A stretch of DNA of 29,926 nucleotides from a virus (taxonomy: Duplodnaviria > Heunggongvirae > Uroviricota > Caudoviricetes): the IMG/VR virus record IMGVR_UViG_2585427792_000002. One strand, written 5' to 3'. The translations under genes were made by a program, and so were the position numbers. The notes beneath the pieces were generated by a model, which did not search any database, was not told where the DNA came from, and was given only the letters and a program-made list of their open reading frames with translations. Below are positions 7,273-15,931 of this stretch, piece after piece (positions within the stretch are counted from its first letter, which is position 1; each line of letters starts with the position of its first letter).

Positions 7273-7304
7273 AGGCCTGCTGGTAATCGCAGGCCTTTTT
7301 ATTT
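7273..7304 (+). terminator. Intrinsic terminator (tR2-like) between ren and ninB
   Basis: 8-bp GC-rich stem AGGCCTGC(7273-7280)/GCAGGCCT(7289-7296) with 8-nt loop, followed by TTTTTATTT. Confidence 0.6.
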
Positions 7305-7320
7305 GGGGGAGAGGGAAGTC

Positions 7321-7761
7321 ATGAAAAAACTAACCTTTGAAATTCGATCTCCAGCACATCAGCAAAACGCTATTCACGCGGTACAGCAAATTCTTCCAGA
7401 CCCAACCAAACCAATCGTAGTAACCATTCAGGAACGCAACCGCAGCTTAGACCAGAATCGAAAGCTTTGGGCTTGCCTTGGTGACGTCTCTCGTCAGGTT
7501 GAATGGCATGGTCGCTGGCTGGATGCAGAAAGCTGGAAGTGTGTGTTTACCGCAGCATTAAAGCAGCAGGATGTTGTTCCTAACCTTGCCGGGAATGGCT
7601 TTGTGGTAATAGGCCAGTCAACCAGCAGGATGCGTGTAAGCGAATTTGCGGAGCTATTAGAGCTTATACAGGCATTCGGTACAGAGCGTGGCGTTAAGTG
7701 GTCGGACGAAGCGCGACTGGCTCTCGAATGGAAAGCGCGATGGGGAGACAGGGCGGCATGA
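7321..7761 (+). CDS. ninB: NinB (146 aa)
   Basis: ATG at 7321 preceded by a GGGAG/GGAAG Shine-Dalgarno; product [23 protein letters not shown]... matches lambda NinB from memory (ORF track starts 18 nt earlier). Confidence 0.85.
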   Translation: MKKLTFEIRSPAHQQNAIHAVQQILPDPTKPIVVTIQERNRSLDQNRKLWACLGDVSRQVEWHGRWLDAESWKCVFTAALKQQDVVPNLAGNGFVVIGQSTSRMRVSEFAELLELIQAFGTERGVKWSDEARLALEWKARWGDRAA

Positions 7762-7940
7762 GACGACAGCGACGAAGTATCACCGACATCATCTGCGAAA
7801 ACTGCAAATACCTTCCAACGAAACGCTCCAGAAATAAACGCAAGCCAATCCCAAAAGAATCTGACGTAAAAACCTTCAACTACACGGCTCACCTGTGGGA
7901 TATCCGGTGGCTAAGACATCGTGCGAGGAATACAAGGTGA
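7758..7940 (+). CDS. ninE: NinE-like protein (60 aa)
   Basis: ATG at 7758 overlapping the ninB stop; product [34 protein letters not shown]...; length and sequence fit lambda nin orf60 from memory. ninC and ninD appear absent. Confidence 0.65.
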   Translation: MRRQRRSITDIICENCKYLPTKRSRNKRKPIPKESDVKTFNYTAHLWDIRWLRHRARNTR

Positions 7941-8107
7941 TTGACCCAAATCGAAGTTACGAACAAGAAAGCGTCGAGCGGGCTTTAACGTGCGCTAATT
8001 GCGGTCAGAAGCTGCATGTGCTGGAAGTTCACGTGTGTGAGTACTGCTGTGCAGAGCTGATGAGCGATTCGAATAGCTCGATGCACGAGGAAGAAGATGA
8101 TGGCTAA
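7937..8107 (+). CDS. ninF: NinF-like protein (56 aa from GTG; alternative ATG at 7895 would give 70 aa)
   Basis: CxxC...CxxC motif ([20 protein letters not shown]); a GTG start at 7937 overlaps the ninE stop and gives a 56-aa product consistent with lambda orf56. Confidence 0.55.
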   Translation: MIDPNRSYEQESVERALTCANCGQKLHVLEVHVCEYCCAELMSDSNSSMHEEEDDG

Positions 8108-8711
8108 ACCAGCGCGAAGACGATGTAAAAACGATGAATGTCGGGAATGGTTTCACCCTGCATTCGCTAATCAGTGGTGGTGCTCTCCAGAGTGTGGAAC
8201 CAAGATAGCACTCGAACGACGAAGTAAAGAACGCGAAAAAGCGGAAAAAGCAGCAGAGAAGAAACGACGACGAGAGGAGCAGAAACAGAAAGATAAACTT
8301 AAGATTAGAAAACTCGCCTTAAAGCCCCGCAGTTACTGGATTAAACAAGCCCAAAAAGCCGTAAACGCCTTCATCAGAGAAAGAGACCGCGACTTACCAT
8401 GTATCTCTTGCGGAACGCTCACGTCTGCTCAGTGGGATGCCGGACATTACCGGACAACTGCTGCGGCACCTCAACTCCGATTTGATGAACGCAATATTCA
8501 CAAGCAATGCGTGGTGTGCAACCAGCACAAAAGCGGAAATCTCGTTCCGTATCGCGTCGAACTGATTAGCCGCATCGGGCAGGAAGCAGTAGACGAAATC
8601 GAATCAAACCATAACCGCCATCGCTGGACTGTCGAAGAGTGCAGGGCCATCAAGGCGGAGTATCAGCAGAAACTCAAAGACCTGCGAAACAGCAGAAGTG
8701 AGGCCGCATGA
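8097..8711 (+). CDS. ninG: NinG / Rap recombination-promoting protein (204 aa)
   Basis: ORF-track protein [28 protein letters not shown]... matches lambda NinG (orf204) from memory. Confidence 0.85.
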   Translation: MMAKPARRRCKNDECREWFHPAFANQWWCSPECGTKIALERRSKEREKAEKAAEKKRRREEQKQKDKLKIRKLALKPRSYWIKQAQKAVNAFIRERDRDLPCISCGTLTSAQWDAGHYRTTAAAPQLRFDERNIHKQCVVCNQHKSGNLVPYRVELISRIGQEAVDEIESNHNRHRWTVEECRAIKAEYQQKLKDLRNSRSEAA

Positions 8712-8754
8712 CGTTCTCAGTAAAAACCATTCCAGATCACAAGGGAGAAGGCGC

Positions 8755-9243
8755 ATGGGCATAAGAGAACTAAACCTCACCAAAGAACAGCACGAGTGGC
8801 TGAATGGCTGGCTTGAACTGTGGGGCGCATGGGTTTATTCAGGTCGTCTGGAAAAGCGCATGAGCAGCGTAATAGCTAAGTTCATGGAGAGCGTAGAGCC
8901 GGGAAGAGTTATGACAAGGCCAATGTGTAATGATGATGATGGAATGTTGATTTCTCAGGTCGTCGATTCCGTCATGTACATTGACAAGAAAGCCTTTGGC
9001 ATCCTCCTCAGCTACTACGCCCACGGCTCTTCCAAGCACGCCATTGCATCTTACTATCATCGCGTCGCAAGACCTCGCAAGATGTTATGCCGGGGCGGCG
9101 GGCGCATTCAAAAACCATCGCTCGCAACCTGTCGACGGGAAGTTGACGAAATCCTCAATGCCTCGTTGTTTATGATTTACCCGGTTCTGGATAGTGCGTT
9201 TAAAAACCGGAAACGTGTAGAGAAAATTAAACATGTAGCATAG
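8755..9243 (+). CDS. Q: Late-gene antiterminator Q, non-lambda type (162 aa)
   Basis: ATG at 8755 preceded by GGAGAAGG; the WGAW...RPMCNDDDGMLI motif resembles the phage 21/82-type Q family, not lambda Q; sits between the nin genes and the lysis cassette. Confidence 0.65.
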   Translation: MGIRELNLTKEQHEWLNGWLELWGAWVYSGRLEKRMSSVIAKFMESVEPGRVMTRPMCNDDDGMLISQVVDSVMYIDKKAFGILLSYYAHGSSKHAIASYYHRVARPRKMLCRGGGRIQKPSLATCRREVDEILNASLFMIYPVLDSAFKNRKRVEKIKHVA

Positions 9244-9288
9244 AACGTGTTGACATCATTGAGCAAATGAGCAACACTATTCGCATAA

Positions 9289-9333
9289 GCTGCCGTTAGT
9301 GACTCTTAAGTTGCAACGGTGGCTTTTTTTATT
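9289..9333 (+). terminator. Intrinsic terminator downstream of Q (tR'-like)
   Basis: Roughly 9-bp stem (9289-9297 with 9315-9323, two G-U pairs) around a structured loop, followed by TTTTTTTATTT (9324-9333); a TTGACA hexamer at 9250-9255 could be the -35 of pR'. Confidence 0.45.
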
Positions 9334-9334
9334 T

Positions 9335-9409
9335 GGGTCAGTCGTATAAAGGTCATTACGGAAGGCTGTTAACCTTCTTATCGTGGTTCGAGTCCACGCT
9401 GTCCCGCCA
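9335..9409 (+). tRNA. tRNA-like element, anticodon loop CTGTTAA (GUU, Asn-type), 75 nt, non-canonical D-arm
   Basis: Manual fold: acceptor stem 6 of 7 pairs (GGGTCAG/CTGTCCC), perfect anticodon stem GAAGG/CCTTC, T-arm CGTGG-TTCGAGT-CCACG, 3' CCA encoded; D-arm is short or shifted. May be a pseudo-tRNA. Confidence 0.4.
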
Positions 9410-9414
9410 AATAT

Positions 9415-9490
9415 GCTGGTTTAGCTCCAATGGTAGAGCGGTCGCCTTGTAAGCGAATGGGTAGCGGTTCAAGTCCGTTAACCAGCACCA
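9415..9490 (+). tRNA. tRNA-Thr (anticodon UGU), 76 nt
   Basis: Manual cloverleaf: perfect 7-bp acceptor stem (GCTGGTT/AACCAGC), D-stem GCTC/GAGC with GG in the loop, anticodon loop CTTGTAA, T-arm AGCGG-TTCAAGT-CCGTT, discriminator A plus encoded CCA. Confidence 0.6.
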
Positions 9491-9608
9491 TAACTGAGCC
9501 GTAGCCACTGGATGTCCTGAATTCATCAGTGATAGTTATGCTGCGGTCTTCTTTTTCTCCCTTCCCAATATAAGAACTACGCAATCCGTTACTGGCGGAG
9601 GCGTTGCT

Positions 9609-9824
9609 ATGAAATCAATGGACAAAATCTCAACTGGCATTGCCTACGGAACATCCGCTGGTAGTGCGGGATACTGGTTTTTGCAGTGGTTGGATCAGGT
9701 CAGTCCATCACAGTGGGCTGCGATTGGGGTGCTTGGAAGCCTTGTGTTGGGCTTTCTCACCTATCTGACAAATCTGTACTTCAAAATCAGAGAAGACAGA
9801 AGAAAGGCTGCGAGAGGTGAATAA
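9609..9824 (+). CDS. S: Pinholin, phage-21 S-type (71-aa form; dual start Met1/Met4)
   Basis: Product [71 protein letters not shown] matches S21 from memory; two hydrophobic segments; GGCGGAGG Shine-Dalgarno. Confidence 0.8.
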   Translation: MKSMDKISTGIAYGTSAGSAGYWFLQWLDQVSPSQWAAIGVLGSLVLGFLTYLTNLYFKIREDRRKAARGE

Positions 9825-10321
9825 TGCCTCCATCATTACGAAAAGCCGTTGCTGCGGCTATTGGTGGCGGGGCTATTGCTATAGCATCTGTGTTAATCAC
9901 TGGCCCAAGTGGTAACGATGGTCTGGAAGGCGTCAGCTACATACCATATAAAGATATCGTTGGTGTATGGACTGTATGTTACGGGCATACCGGAAAAGAC
10001 ATTATGCTCGGTAAAACGTATACCGAAGCAGAATGCAAAGCCCTCCTGAATAAAGACCTTGCCACTGTCGCCAGACAAATTAACCCGTACATCAAAGTCG
10101 ATATACCGGAAACAACGCGCGGCGCTCTTTACTCGTTCGTTTACAACGTTGGTGCTGGAAATTTCAGAACATCGACGCTTCTTCGCAAAATAAACCAGGG
10201 CGATATCAAAGGCGCATGTGATCAGCTACGGCGCTGGACATACGCTGGCGGTAAGCAATGGAAAGGGCTGATGACTCGCCGTGAGATTGAGCGTGAAGTC
10301 TGTTTGTGGGGGCAACAATGA
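9824..10321 (+). CDS. R: SAR endolysin (lysozyme with N-terminal signal-arrest-release domain), R21-like
   Basis: Hydrophobic Gly/Ala-rich N-terminus ([20 protein letters not shown]) followed by a lysozyme-like body; start overlaps the holin stop; classic pairing with a pinholin. Confidence 0.8.
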   Translation: MPPSLRKAVAAAIGGGAIAIASVLITGPSGNDGLEGVSYIPYKDIVGVWTVCYGHTGKDIMLGKTYTEAECKALLNKDLATVARQINPYIKVDIPETTRGALYSFVYNVGAGNFRTSTLLRKINQGDIKGACDQLRRWTYAGGKQWKGLMTRREIEREVCLWGQQ

Positions 10322-10755
10322 GTAGAGTAACCGTGATTATCTCCGCTCTGGTTATCTGCATCATCGTCTGCCTGTCATGGGCTGTTAATCATTACCGTGA
10401 TAACGCCATGACCTACAAAGAACAGCGCGATAAAGCCACATCCATCATCGCTGATATGCAGAAGCGTCAACGTGATGTAGCAGAACTCGACGCAAGATAT
10501 ACAAAGGAACTTGCTGATGCTAACGCGACTATCGAAAGTCTCCGTGCTGATGTTTCTGCTGGGCGTAAGCGCCTGCAAGTCGCCGCCACCTGTGCAAAGT
10601 CAACGACCGGAGCCAGCAGCATGGGCGATGGAGAAAGCCCAAGACTTACAGCAGATGCTGAACTCAATTATTACCGTCTCCGAAGTGGAATCGACAGGAT
10701 AACCGCGCAGGTTAACTACTTGCAGGAATACATCAGGACGCAATGCCTTCGATGA
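10318..10755 (+). CDS. Rz: Rz inner-membrane spanin (145 aa)
   Basis: ATG at 10318 overlaps the endolysin stop; N-terminal TM helix then a coiled-coil-like periplasmic region; embedded Rz1 in the +1 frame. Confidence 0.7.
   Translation: MSRVTVIISALVICIIVCLSWAVNHYRDNAMTYKEQRDKATSIIADMQKRQRDVAELDARYTKELADANATIESLRADVSAGRKRLQVAATCAKSTTGASSMGDGESPRLTADAELNYYRLRSGIDRITAQVNYLQEYIRTQCLR
10511..10702 (+). CDS. Rz1: Rz1 outer-membrane lipoprotein spanin, embedded in Rz
   Basis: +1-frame ORF entirely inside Rz; signal peptide with lipobox VSAC, then a proline-rich mature region ([12 protein letters not shown]). Confidence 0.6.
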   Translation: MLMLTRLSKVSVLMFLLGVSACKSPPPVQSQRPEPAAWAMEKAQDLQQMLNSIITVSEVESTG

Positions 10756-11197
10756 TAGCGATAATTTTACTCATCATCCTTCACATCTGGCTCTGTAGAC
10801 AGGGTGGTGATCACTTCTGGAGTGAATCCAGATTAAACATCTCATTGCTGATGCTTGAAGTTGAGCATCTGGCGCGCGGTAAGGGGCTGCGTTGAGATAA
10901 GAGCCAGTTCATTACAAAGCCTATCTACGGGTGGGCTTGATAATGAAACCGGAATTTATTCTGGGCAACCAGTTACGGCAGTACAGCGAAACAACCCAAG
11001 CCAGTAAGTGGGGAAATAACACTGGCAGCCACTGAAAGATGAACCTCCAGCCTTATGGCAAAAAAGATTCTTTGTGGTGGCGGACTGATGGAAAGACATC
11101 GGTTATTGCAGAGACCATTCAATGAGTGGTCTCGACAATGGCTTATATCCTGCTAAGAGTGATTAACTGGGTGGCAAAAGTTCACCACCAACATCAA

Positions 11198-11629
11198 TTA
11201 GATTAAATTATTTCGATAAGCAGAATCGATTAGAGCGTTCATAAAGAGATACTCAACATCTTCGGTATAGTCGATGTCTATTGGAGCTGTTGAGTCAAGC
11301 GCCCCAAAATGCATGCAATTGTTCCAATCAAGAAAAATTTTATGAAACTCCTGTTTTTTTCCATCTCGCGATGTGTAAAAAGTAATAACCCCAATTAATG
11401 AGCCTTCGTGAAGTGAAAGCTTACTTTCTGTAAAACACTTAAAGCGTAGCTGTGGAATTGAAACCTCAAGCTCTCCATCATTTAGCTCTATGGAAATTTG
11501 CTTATTAAGGTCTCGTTTGTTATTCCATGCGGTGTTAACACGTTCTAATAAATCATTCGTATTTTGCTGTAATAACTCACCTTTCCTAGAAAGTAACTGT
11601 GACAATCCGATAAACGTTAATGAGCTCAT
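11198..11629 (-). CDS. Hypothetical protein (143 aa), antisense moron between lysis and packaging modules
   Basis: Minus-strand ORF with ATG at 11627-11629 preceded by AAGGTGA (the track's longer GTG start at 11656 is rejected); AT-rich; opposite orientation to all flanking late genes. Confidence 0.65.
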   Translation of the reverse strand: MSSLTFIGLSQLLSRKGELLQQNTNDLLERVNTAWNNKRDLNKQISIELNDGELEVSIPQLRFKCFTESKLSLHEGSLIGVITFYTSRDGKKQEFHKIFLDWNNCMHFGALDSTAPIDIDYTEDVEYLFMNALIDSAYRNNLI

Positions 11630-11649
11630 AAATTCACCTTTGAGAAAAA

Positions 11650-12201
11650 ATGGCACTCACAGACAAGCAAGAGATGTTCTGTCGCGAGTACCTCATCGAT
11701 TTAAACGCCACGCAAGCGGCTATTCGGGCGGGGTACAGCGCAAAAACAGCCAACCGTACCGCATCCGAAAACCTGTCAAAACCTGACATCAAGTTAAGAA
11801 TCGCCGAACTGAAAGCGCAACGCAATGATCTTGTTGGTATTAATGCAGAATATGTACTTAATCGCCTTATTGAAATCGACCAGATGGATGTGCTTGACAT
11901 TCTCCTGCAAAACGGTGAGCTAAAACCCATTAAAGACTGGCCTAAGGTATGGCGCACAACGTTATCAGGAATGGATGTCGTGGAGATGGCATCCGCAGAT
12001 AGCGCCGCACTTCTGAAGAAAATCAAATGGCCTGATAAGGTTAAAAACCTTGAGTTGCTCGGGCGTCATGTTTCTGTTCAGGCGTTTAAAGACAATGTCA
12101 AAAATGAAGTGACTGGTGCTGACGGAGGACCAGTCAGAACAGAAATTACCAACTTAACGCCGGAGCAGGTTGCAGAAGCGTATAGAAAAATGATGGGCTA
12201 A
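11650..12201 (+). CDS. Terminase small subunit (non-lambda type)
   Basis: 183-aa ORF immediately upstream of and nearly abutting the large terminase; N-terminal region ([30 protein letters not shown]) resembles small-terminase DNA-binding domains; not lambda Nu1. Confidence 0.65.
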   Translation: MALTDKQEMFCREYLIDLNATQAAIRAGYSAKTANRTASENLSKPDIKLRIAELKAQRNDLVGINAEYVLNRLIEIDQMDVLDILLQNGELKPIKDWPKVWRTTLSGMDVVEMASADSAALLKKIKWPDKVKNLELLGRHVSVQAFKDNVKNEVTGADGGPVRTEITNLTPEQVAEAYRKMMG

Positions 12202-12203
12202 GT

Positions 12204-13826
12204 ATGCCGTTACCATTCCCCTTCGATTTTAAAAATCCTGATTACCAGATGGTTTTTGAATGGCGGATGGAACGCTTACAGCGCATTCGCCAGAACCCTG
12301 AAATATTGCCAGCACTAAAACAGTTTTACCGAACCAATCCGGCTCAGTTCATCATCGACTGGGGCATGACAACGGACCCGCGTAATATTGATTATGGCCT
12401 GCCGGTGACCATTCCGTTTTTACTCTTCCCTAAGCAGGAGGAGTGGATCCACTGGATTATGGAACGCTGGAGCAATCGGGAGAATGGTATTACCGAAAAA
12501 TCCCGTGAAATGGGGCTCAGTTGGACCGCGATCGGACTGGCATGCTCGCTTTGTCTCTTCAACAAAGAAATGGTTATCGGTTTTGGCTCCCGTAAAGAGG
12601 AATACGTCGACAGCACTGGTGACCCGAAAGCATTGTTCTGGAAGGCGCGCAAGTTCGTGGAAACGCTACCTGTAGAGTTTCGCGGTTCGTGGAGTGAGAA
12701 GAAGCACGCGCCATATATGCGTGTTGAGTTTCCTGAAACTGGTGCCGTTATCAAAGGCGAGGCTGGCGATAATATTGGTCGTGGTGACCGTACCACGCTT
12801 TATCTGGTTGATGAGGCTGCATTCCTTCAGCGTCCTCTGCTGATTGATGCGGCGTTGTCACAAACGACGCGTTGCCGTATCGACCTGAGTTCAGTTAACG
12901 GCATGGCTAACCCGTTCGCTCAGAAGCGTCATGGCGGGAAGATACCGGTATTCACATTCCACTGGCGGGATGATCCTCGCAAGGATGAAGAGTGGTATCG
13001 CAGGGAATGCGAGAAAATCGATAATCCGGTGGTGGTGGCACAGGAACTTGATCTGAACTACAGCGCATCAGCGGAAGGCGTCCTGATTCCATCCGAATGG
13101 GTACAGGCTGCCGTTGATGCGCATATCAGACTGGGTATCCAGCCAACAGGCAAACGACTTGGCGCGATGGATGTCGCTGATGAAGGCAGGGACAAAAATG
13201 CCTTTTCCACCCGTCATGGCTTCCTCCTGGAAAATGTGCGGGAATGGTCCGGTGTGGGCAGCGACATTTATCAGTCCGTCGAGAAGGTTTTCGGCTTTTG
13301 CGAACAGGACAACCTCGAAGAGTTTCGCTTTGACGAGGACGGGCTGGGCGCTGGCGTTCGCGGCGATGCACGCGCTATCAACGAACTGCGTAACGCTGCG
13401 CGTCGACCGTCAATACTTGCCACACCGTTTCGAGGTAGTGGCGCGGTATTTGATCCGGATGATGAAGCTGTTCGCGGGGACAACGGGCAAGCCGCACGTC
13501 TGAACAAGGACTTCTTCGCTAACGCCAAAGCCCAGAGCTGGTGGCGGTTACGTAAACTTTTTCAGAATACCTGGCGCGCCGTGGTTGAAGGTATGGCTTA
13601 CAACCCGGACGAAATCATCTCAATCAGCAGTAGCATGGCACTCAAAGATAAACTCATCATCGAGCTTTCGCAGCCGACCTATTCCATTAATGGTGTGGGA
13701 AAAATAGTTATTGATAAACAGCCTGATGGAACCCGATCGCCAAACCTTGCCGACTCGGTGATGATCAACTATGCCCCAATGAATTCAGCCCTGAACATCT
13801 GGGAGCTGCTAGGGAGACAGGCCTGA
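12204..13826 (+). CDS. Terminase large subunit (540 aa)
   Basis: Size and position (after the small subunit, before the portal); acidic motifs consistent with an ATPase/nuclease, but no HMM was run. Confidence 0.7.
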   Translation: MPLPFPFDFKNPDYQMVFEWRMERLQRIRQNPEILPALKQFYRTNPAQFIIDWGMTTDPRNIDYGLPVTIPFLLFPKQEEWIHWIMERWSNRENGITEKSREMGLSWTAIGLACSLCLFNKEMVIGFGSRKEEYVDSTGDPKALFWKARKFVETLPVEFRGSWSEKKHAPYMRVEFPETGAVIKGEAGDNIGRGDRTTLYLVDEAAFLQRPLLIDAALSQTTRCRIDLSSVNGMANPFAQKRHGGKIPVFTFHWRDDPRKDEEWYRRECEKIDNPVVVAQELDLNYSASAEGVLIPSEWVQAAVDAHIRLGIQPTGKRLGAMDVADEGRDKNAFSTRHGFLLENVREWSGVGSDIYQSVEKVFGFCEQDNLEEFRFDEDGLGAGVRGDARAINELRNAARRPSILATPFRGSGAVFDPDDEAVRGDNGQAARLNKDFFANAKAQSWWRLRKLFQNTWRAVVEGMAYNPDEIISISSSMALKDKLIIELSQPTYSINGVGKIVIDKQPDGTRSPNLADSVMINYAPMNSALNIWELLGRQA

Positions 13827-15292
13827 TGGCACGAAACAAACAAGCCCTGCGGCGAACTGCGCAGGCCACAGCTGATGGTTATGAGAATTTTATTGCCCGC
13901 GTAGGGATGCAGACAACTAACCAGCACTCAGCATCCACCTACCGGGCTAATTTCACCAGTCGTAACCGCATGCTGGTGGAATGGTCCTATCGTTCGTCCT
14001 GGATCATCGGCGAAGCGGTCGATGCTATCCCGGATGATATGACCCGCAAAGGCATTCGCATCACTTCGGAAATTGATGCAAAAGATCGCGGCATTCTCGA
14101 ATCACAACTGGATGAGTTGCAAATCTGGGATGCGCTGAATGACGTGCTGAAATGGTCGCGCCTCTACGGCGGCGCGGTGGGTTTCATCATGATTGAGGGG
14201 CAGGCACCAATGACCCCGCTGCGACCCGAAACCATCGGTAAGGGCAAGTTTAAGGGGATTCTCCCGCTCGACCGCTGGATGATTGACCCGGTACTGACCC
14301 GCCGCATTAAAGATATGGGGCCGGACCTGGGTAAACCTGAGTTTTACGATGTGGTGACCACAGCAACGGGAATTCCTGCCTGGCGCATTCATCACAGTCG
14401 ACTGATTCGCTTTGATGGCGTCACGCTGCCATTTCAGCAGAAGATGACCGAGAACGAATGGGGAATGTCGGTTGTAGAGCGTATCTGGGATCGTCTTACC
14501 GCGTTCGACAGCGCTACTGTCGGCGCGGCGCAGCTGGTCTACAAAGCGCATTTGCGTACCTACAGCGTGGAGAAGCTACGCGAGCTTATCGCACTTGGTG
14601 GTCCTGCGTATGAAGCGTTGCTGAAGAATATTGACCTGATTCGACAGTTCCAGAGCAATGAAGGCATGACTCTCATGGACTCGCGGGATAAGTTTGAAAC
14701 CCATCAGTACAGCTTCAGTGGTCTGGATGACATCCTTTCACAGTTTGCAGAACAGATTAGTGGCGCTGTTGGTATCCCACTGGTGCGGTTGTTCGGACAG
14801 TCCCCGAAGGGATTTTCTACCGGCGATGCAGACCTTGCCAACTATTACGACCGGGTAAGCTCGTTGCAGGAGAGGCGTTTACGTCTTCCGGTGCGGCGGA
14901 TACTGGACATCATGCATCGTTCGGAGCTTGGCAAGCCGCTGCCGGACGATTTCACGTTTGAGTTTAACCCGCTCTGGCAAATGTCTGATGTCGATCGCTC
15001 AACGGTGGCGTTAAACACTACCAACGCAATCAGTACAGCGCTGGGTGATGGTCTGATGACACTGAAAGCCGCTATGACTGATTTGCGAGAAAATTCTGAC
15101 GTAACCGGCATCGGGGCATCCATTACCGACGAGGACATAGAGAATGCCGAAGACGAAGCGCCGCCCGGCATCGGCGAACCTGATGACGAACCGCAGGAAC
15201 CGTCAGGCGGAAATCCGGTATCGAACCAGCCTACGCAGGATAGCGCGGGCGGTAGGGGACATCGTAAATGGTCACTACGATGGTTCAAATGA
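13826..15292 (+). CDS. Portal protein (488 aa)
   Basis: Position directly after the large terminase (ATG overlaps the terminase TGA), size, and acidic disordered C-terminal tail. Confidence 0.7.
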   Translation: MARNKQALRRTAQATADGYENFIARVGMQTTNQHSASTYRANFTSRNRMLVEWSYRSSWIIGEAVDAIPDDMTRKGIRITSEIDAKDRGILESQLDELQIWDALNDVLKWSRLYGGAVGFIMIEGQAPMTPLRPETIGKGKFKGILPLDRWMIDPVLTRRIKDMGPDLGKPEFYDVVTTATGIPAWRIHHSRLIRFDGVTLPFQQKMTENEWGMSVVERIWDRLTAFDSATVGAAQLVYKAHLRTYSVEKLRELIALGGPAYEALLKNIDLIRQFQSNEGMTLMDSRDKFETHQYSFSGLDDILSQFAEQISGAVGIPLVRLFGQSPKGFSTGDADLANYYDRVSSLQERRLRLPVRRILDIMHRSELGKPLPDDFTFEFNPLWQMSDVDRSTVALNTTNAISTALGDGLMTLKAAMTDLRENSDVTGIGASITDEDIENAEDEAPPGIGEPDDEPQEPSGGNPVSNQPTQDSAGGRGHRKWSLRWFK

Positions 15293-15917
15293 CAGTATCA
15301 CGGAAATTATTGAGGCGCTGGAACGCTACAGTGAAATCATCACCCCCTGGGCGACAAAGGTCGCGGAAAACTTTACCGCCGATATTGTGCGCAAGAATGA
15401 TGAGCAGTGGCGTAAACACAGCAAAACCATCAGCCGTGAGCTACGCAATCTGGTAAACAGTGCCCCGCCAGGGCAGGTGATGAAATCCATCGTTGCTGAA
15501 CAGGTTAAGTACATTAAATCGCTACCCCTCGAGGCGGCTGACAGGGTGTACGACATCCAGAATCGGGCGATTGAAGCTGTTGTGACCGGTGGGAGAGCGG
15601 AACATTTTGCTAAAGAAATAGCCGCATCGGGTGATATAGCAAAGTCCAGAGCTGACCTGATTGCCCGTACTGAACTTGGACGTGCAACCGGCGCGCTGGA
15701 TCAGGCGCGTGCGCTGGCAATTGGTTCGAATGGTTATATCTGGCGTACAGCCGAAGATGGTGACGTCAGGCATTCTCATCGGGAAATGGAAGGTAAATTT
15801 GTCGAATGGGGCAAACCTCCAACGCTTGATGGCATGACCGGTCACGCTGGCGAGCTCCCGAATTGTCGCTGTTATAAAGAAATCGTTTTTCCCACCTCCC
15901 ATTCTTATCCCGCCTGA
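15144..15917 (+). CDS. Head morphogenesis protein (Mu F / SPP1 gp7-like), start uncertain
   Basis: ORF after the portal in a different frame; the only in-frame ATGs (15144, 15183) lie inside the portal 3' end, giving a 110-149 nt overlap. Confidence 0.55.
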   Translation: MPKTKRRPASANLMTNRRNRQAEIRYRTSLRRIARAVGDIVNGHYDGSNDSITEIIEALERYSEIITPWATKVAENFTADIVRKNDEQWRKHSKTISRELRNLVNSAPPGQVMKSIVAEQVKYIKSLPLEAADRVYDIQNRAIEAVVTGGRAEHFAKEIAASGDIAKSRADLIARTELGRATGALDQARALAIGSNGYIWRTAEDGDVRHSHREMEGKFVEWGKPPTLDGMTGHAGELPNCRCYKEIVFPTSHSYPA

Positions 15918-15931
15918 ATCGCAGGTAACAC

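Noticed and set aside
10306-10755. Longer Rz version starting at GTG 10306
   Set aside because: The ATG at 10318 overlapping the endolysin stop (ATGA coupling) is the more conventional start; the GTG extension adds four residues with no support.
11111-11133. Hairpin GAGACCA-(9 nt)-TGGTCTC in the Rz-to-moron intergenic region
   Set aside because: No U-tract on either strand and no obvious associated gene end; could be chance or a protein-binding palindrome, not called.
10756-11649. cos site upstream of the terminase
   Set aside because: The terminase genes are not lambda Nu1/A and I cannot recognise the lambda cosN/cosB sequence; a pac-type mechanism is more likely, so no cos feature is called.
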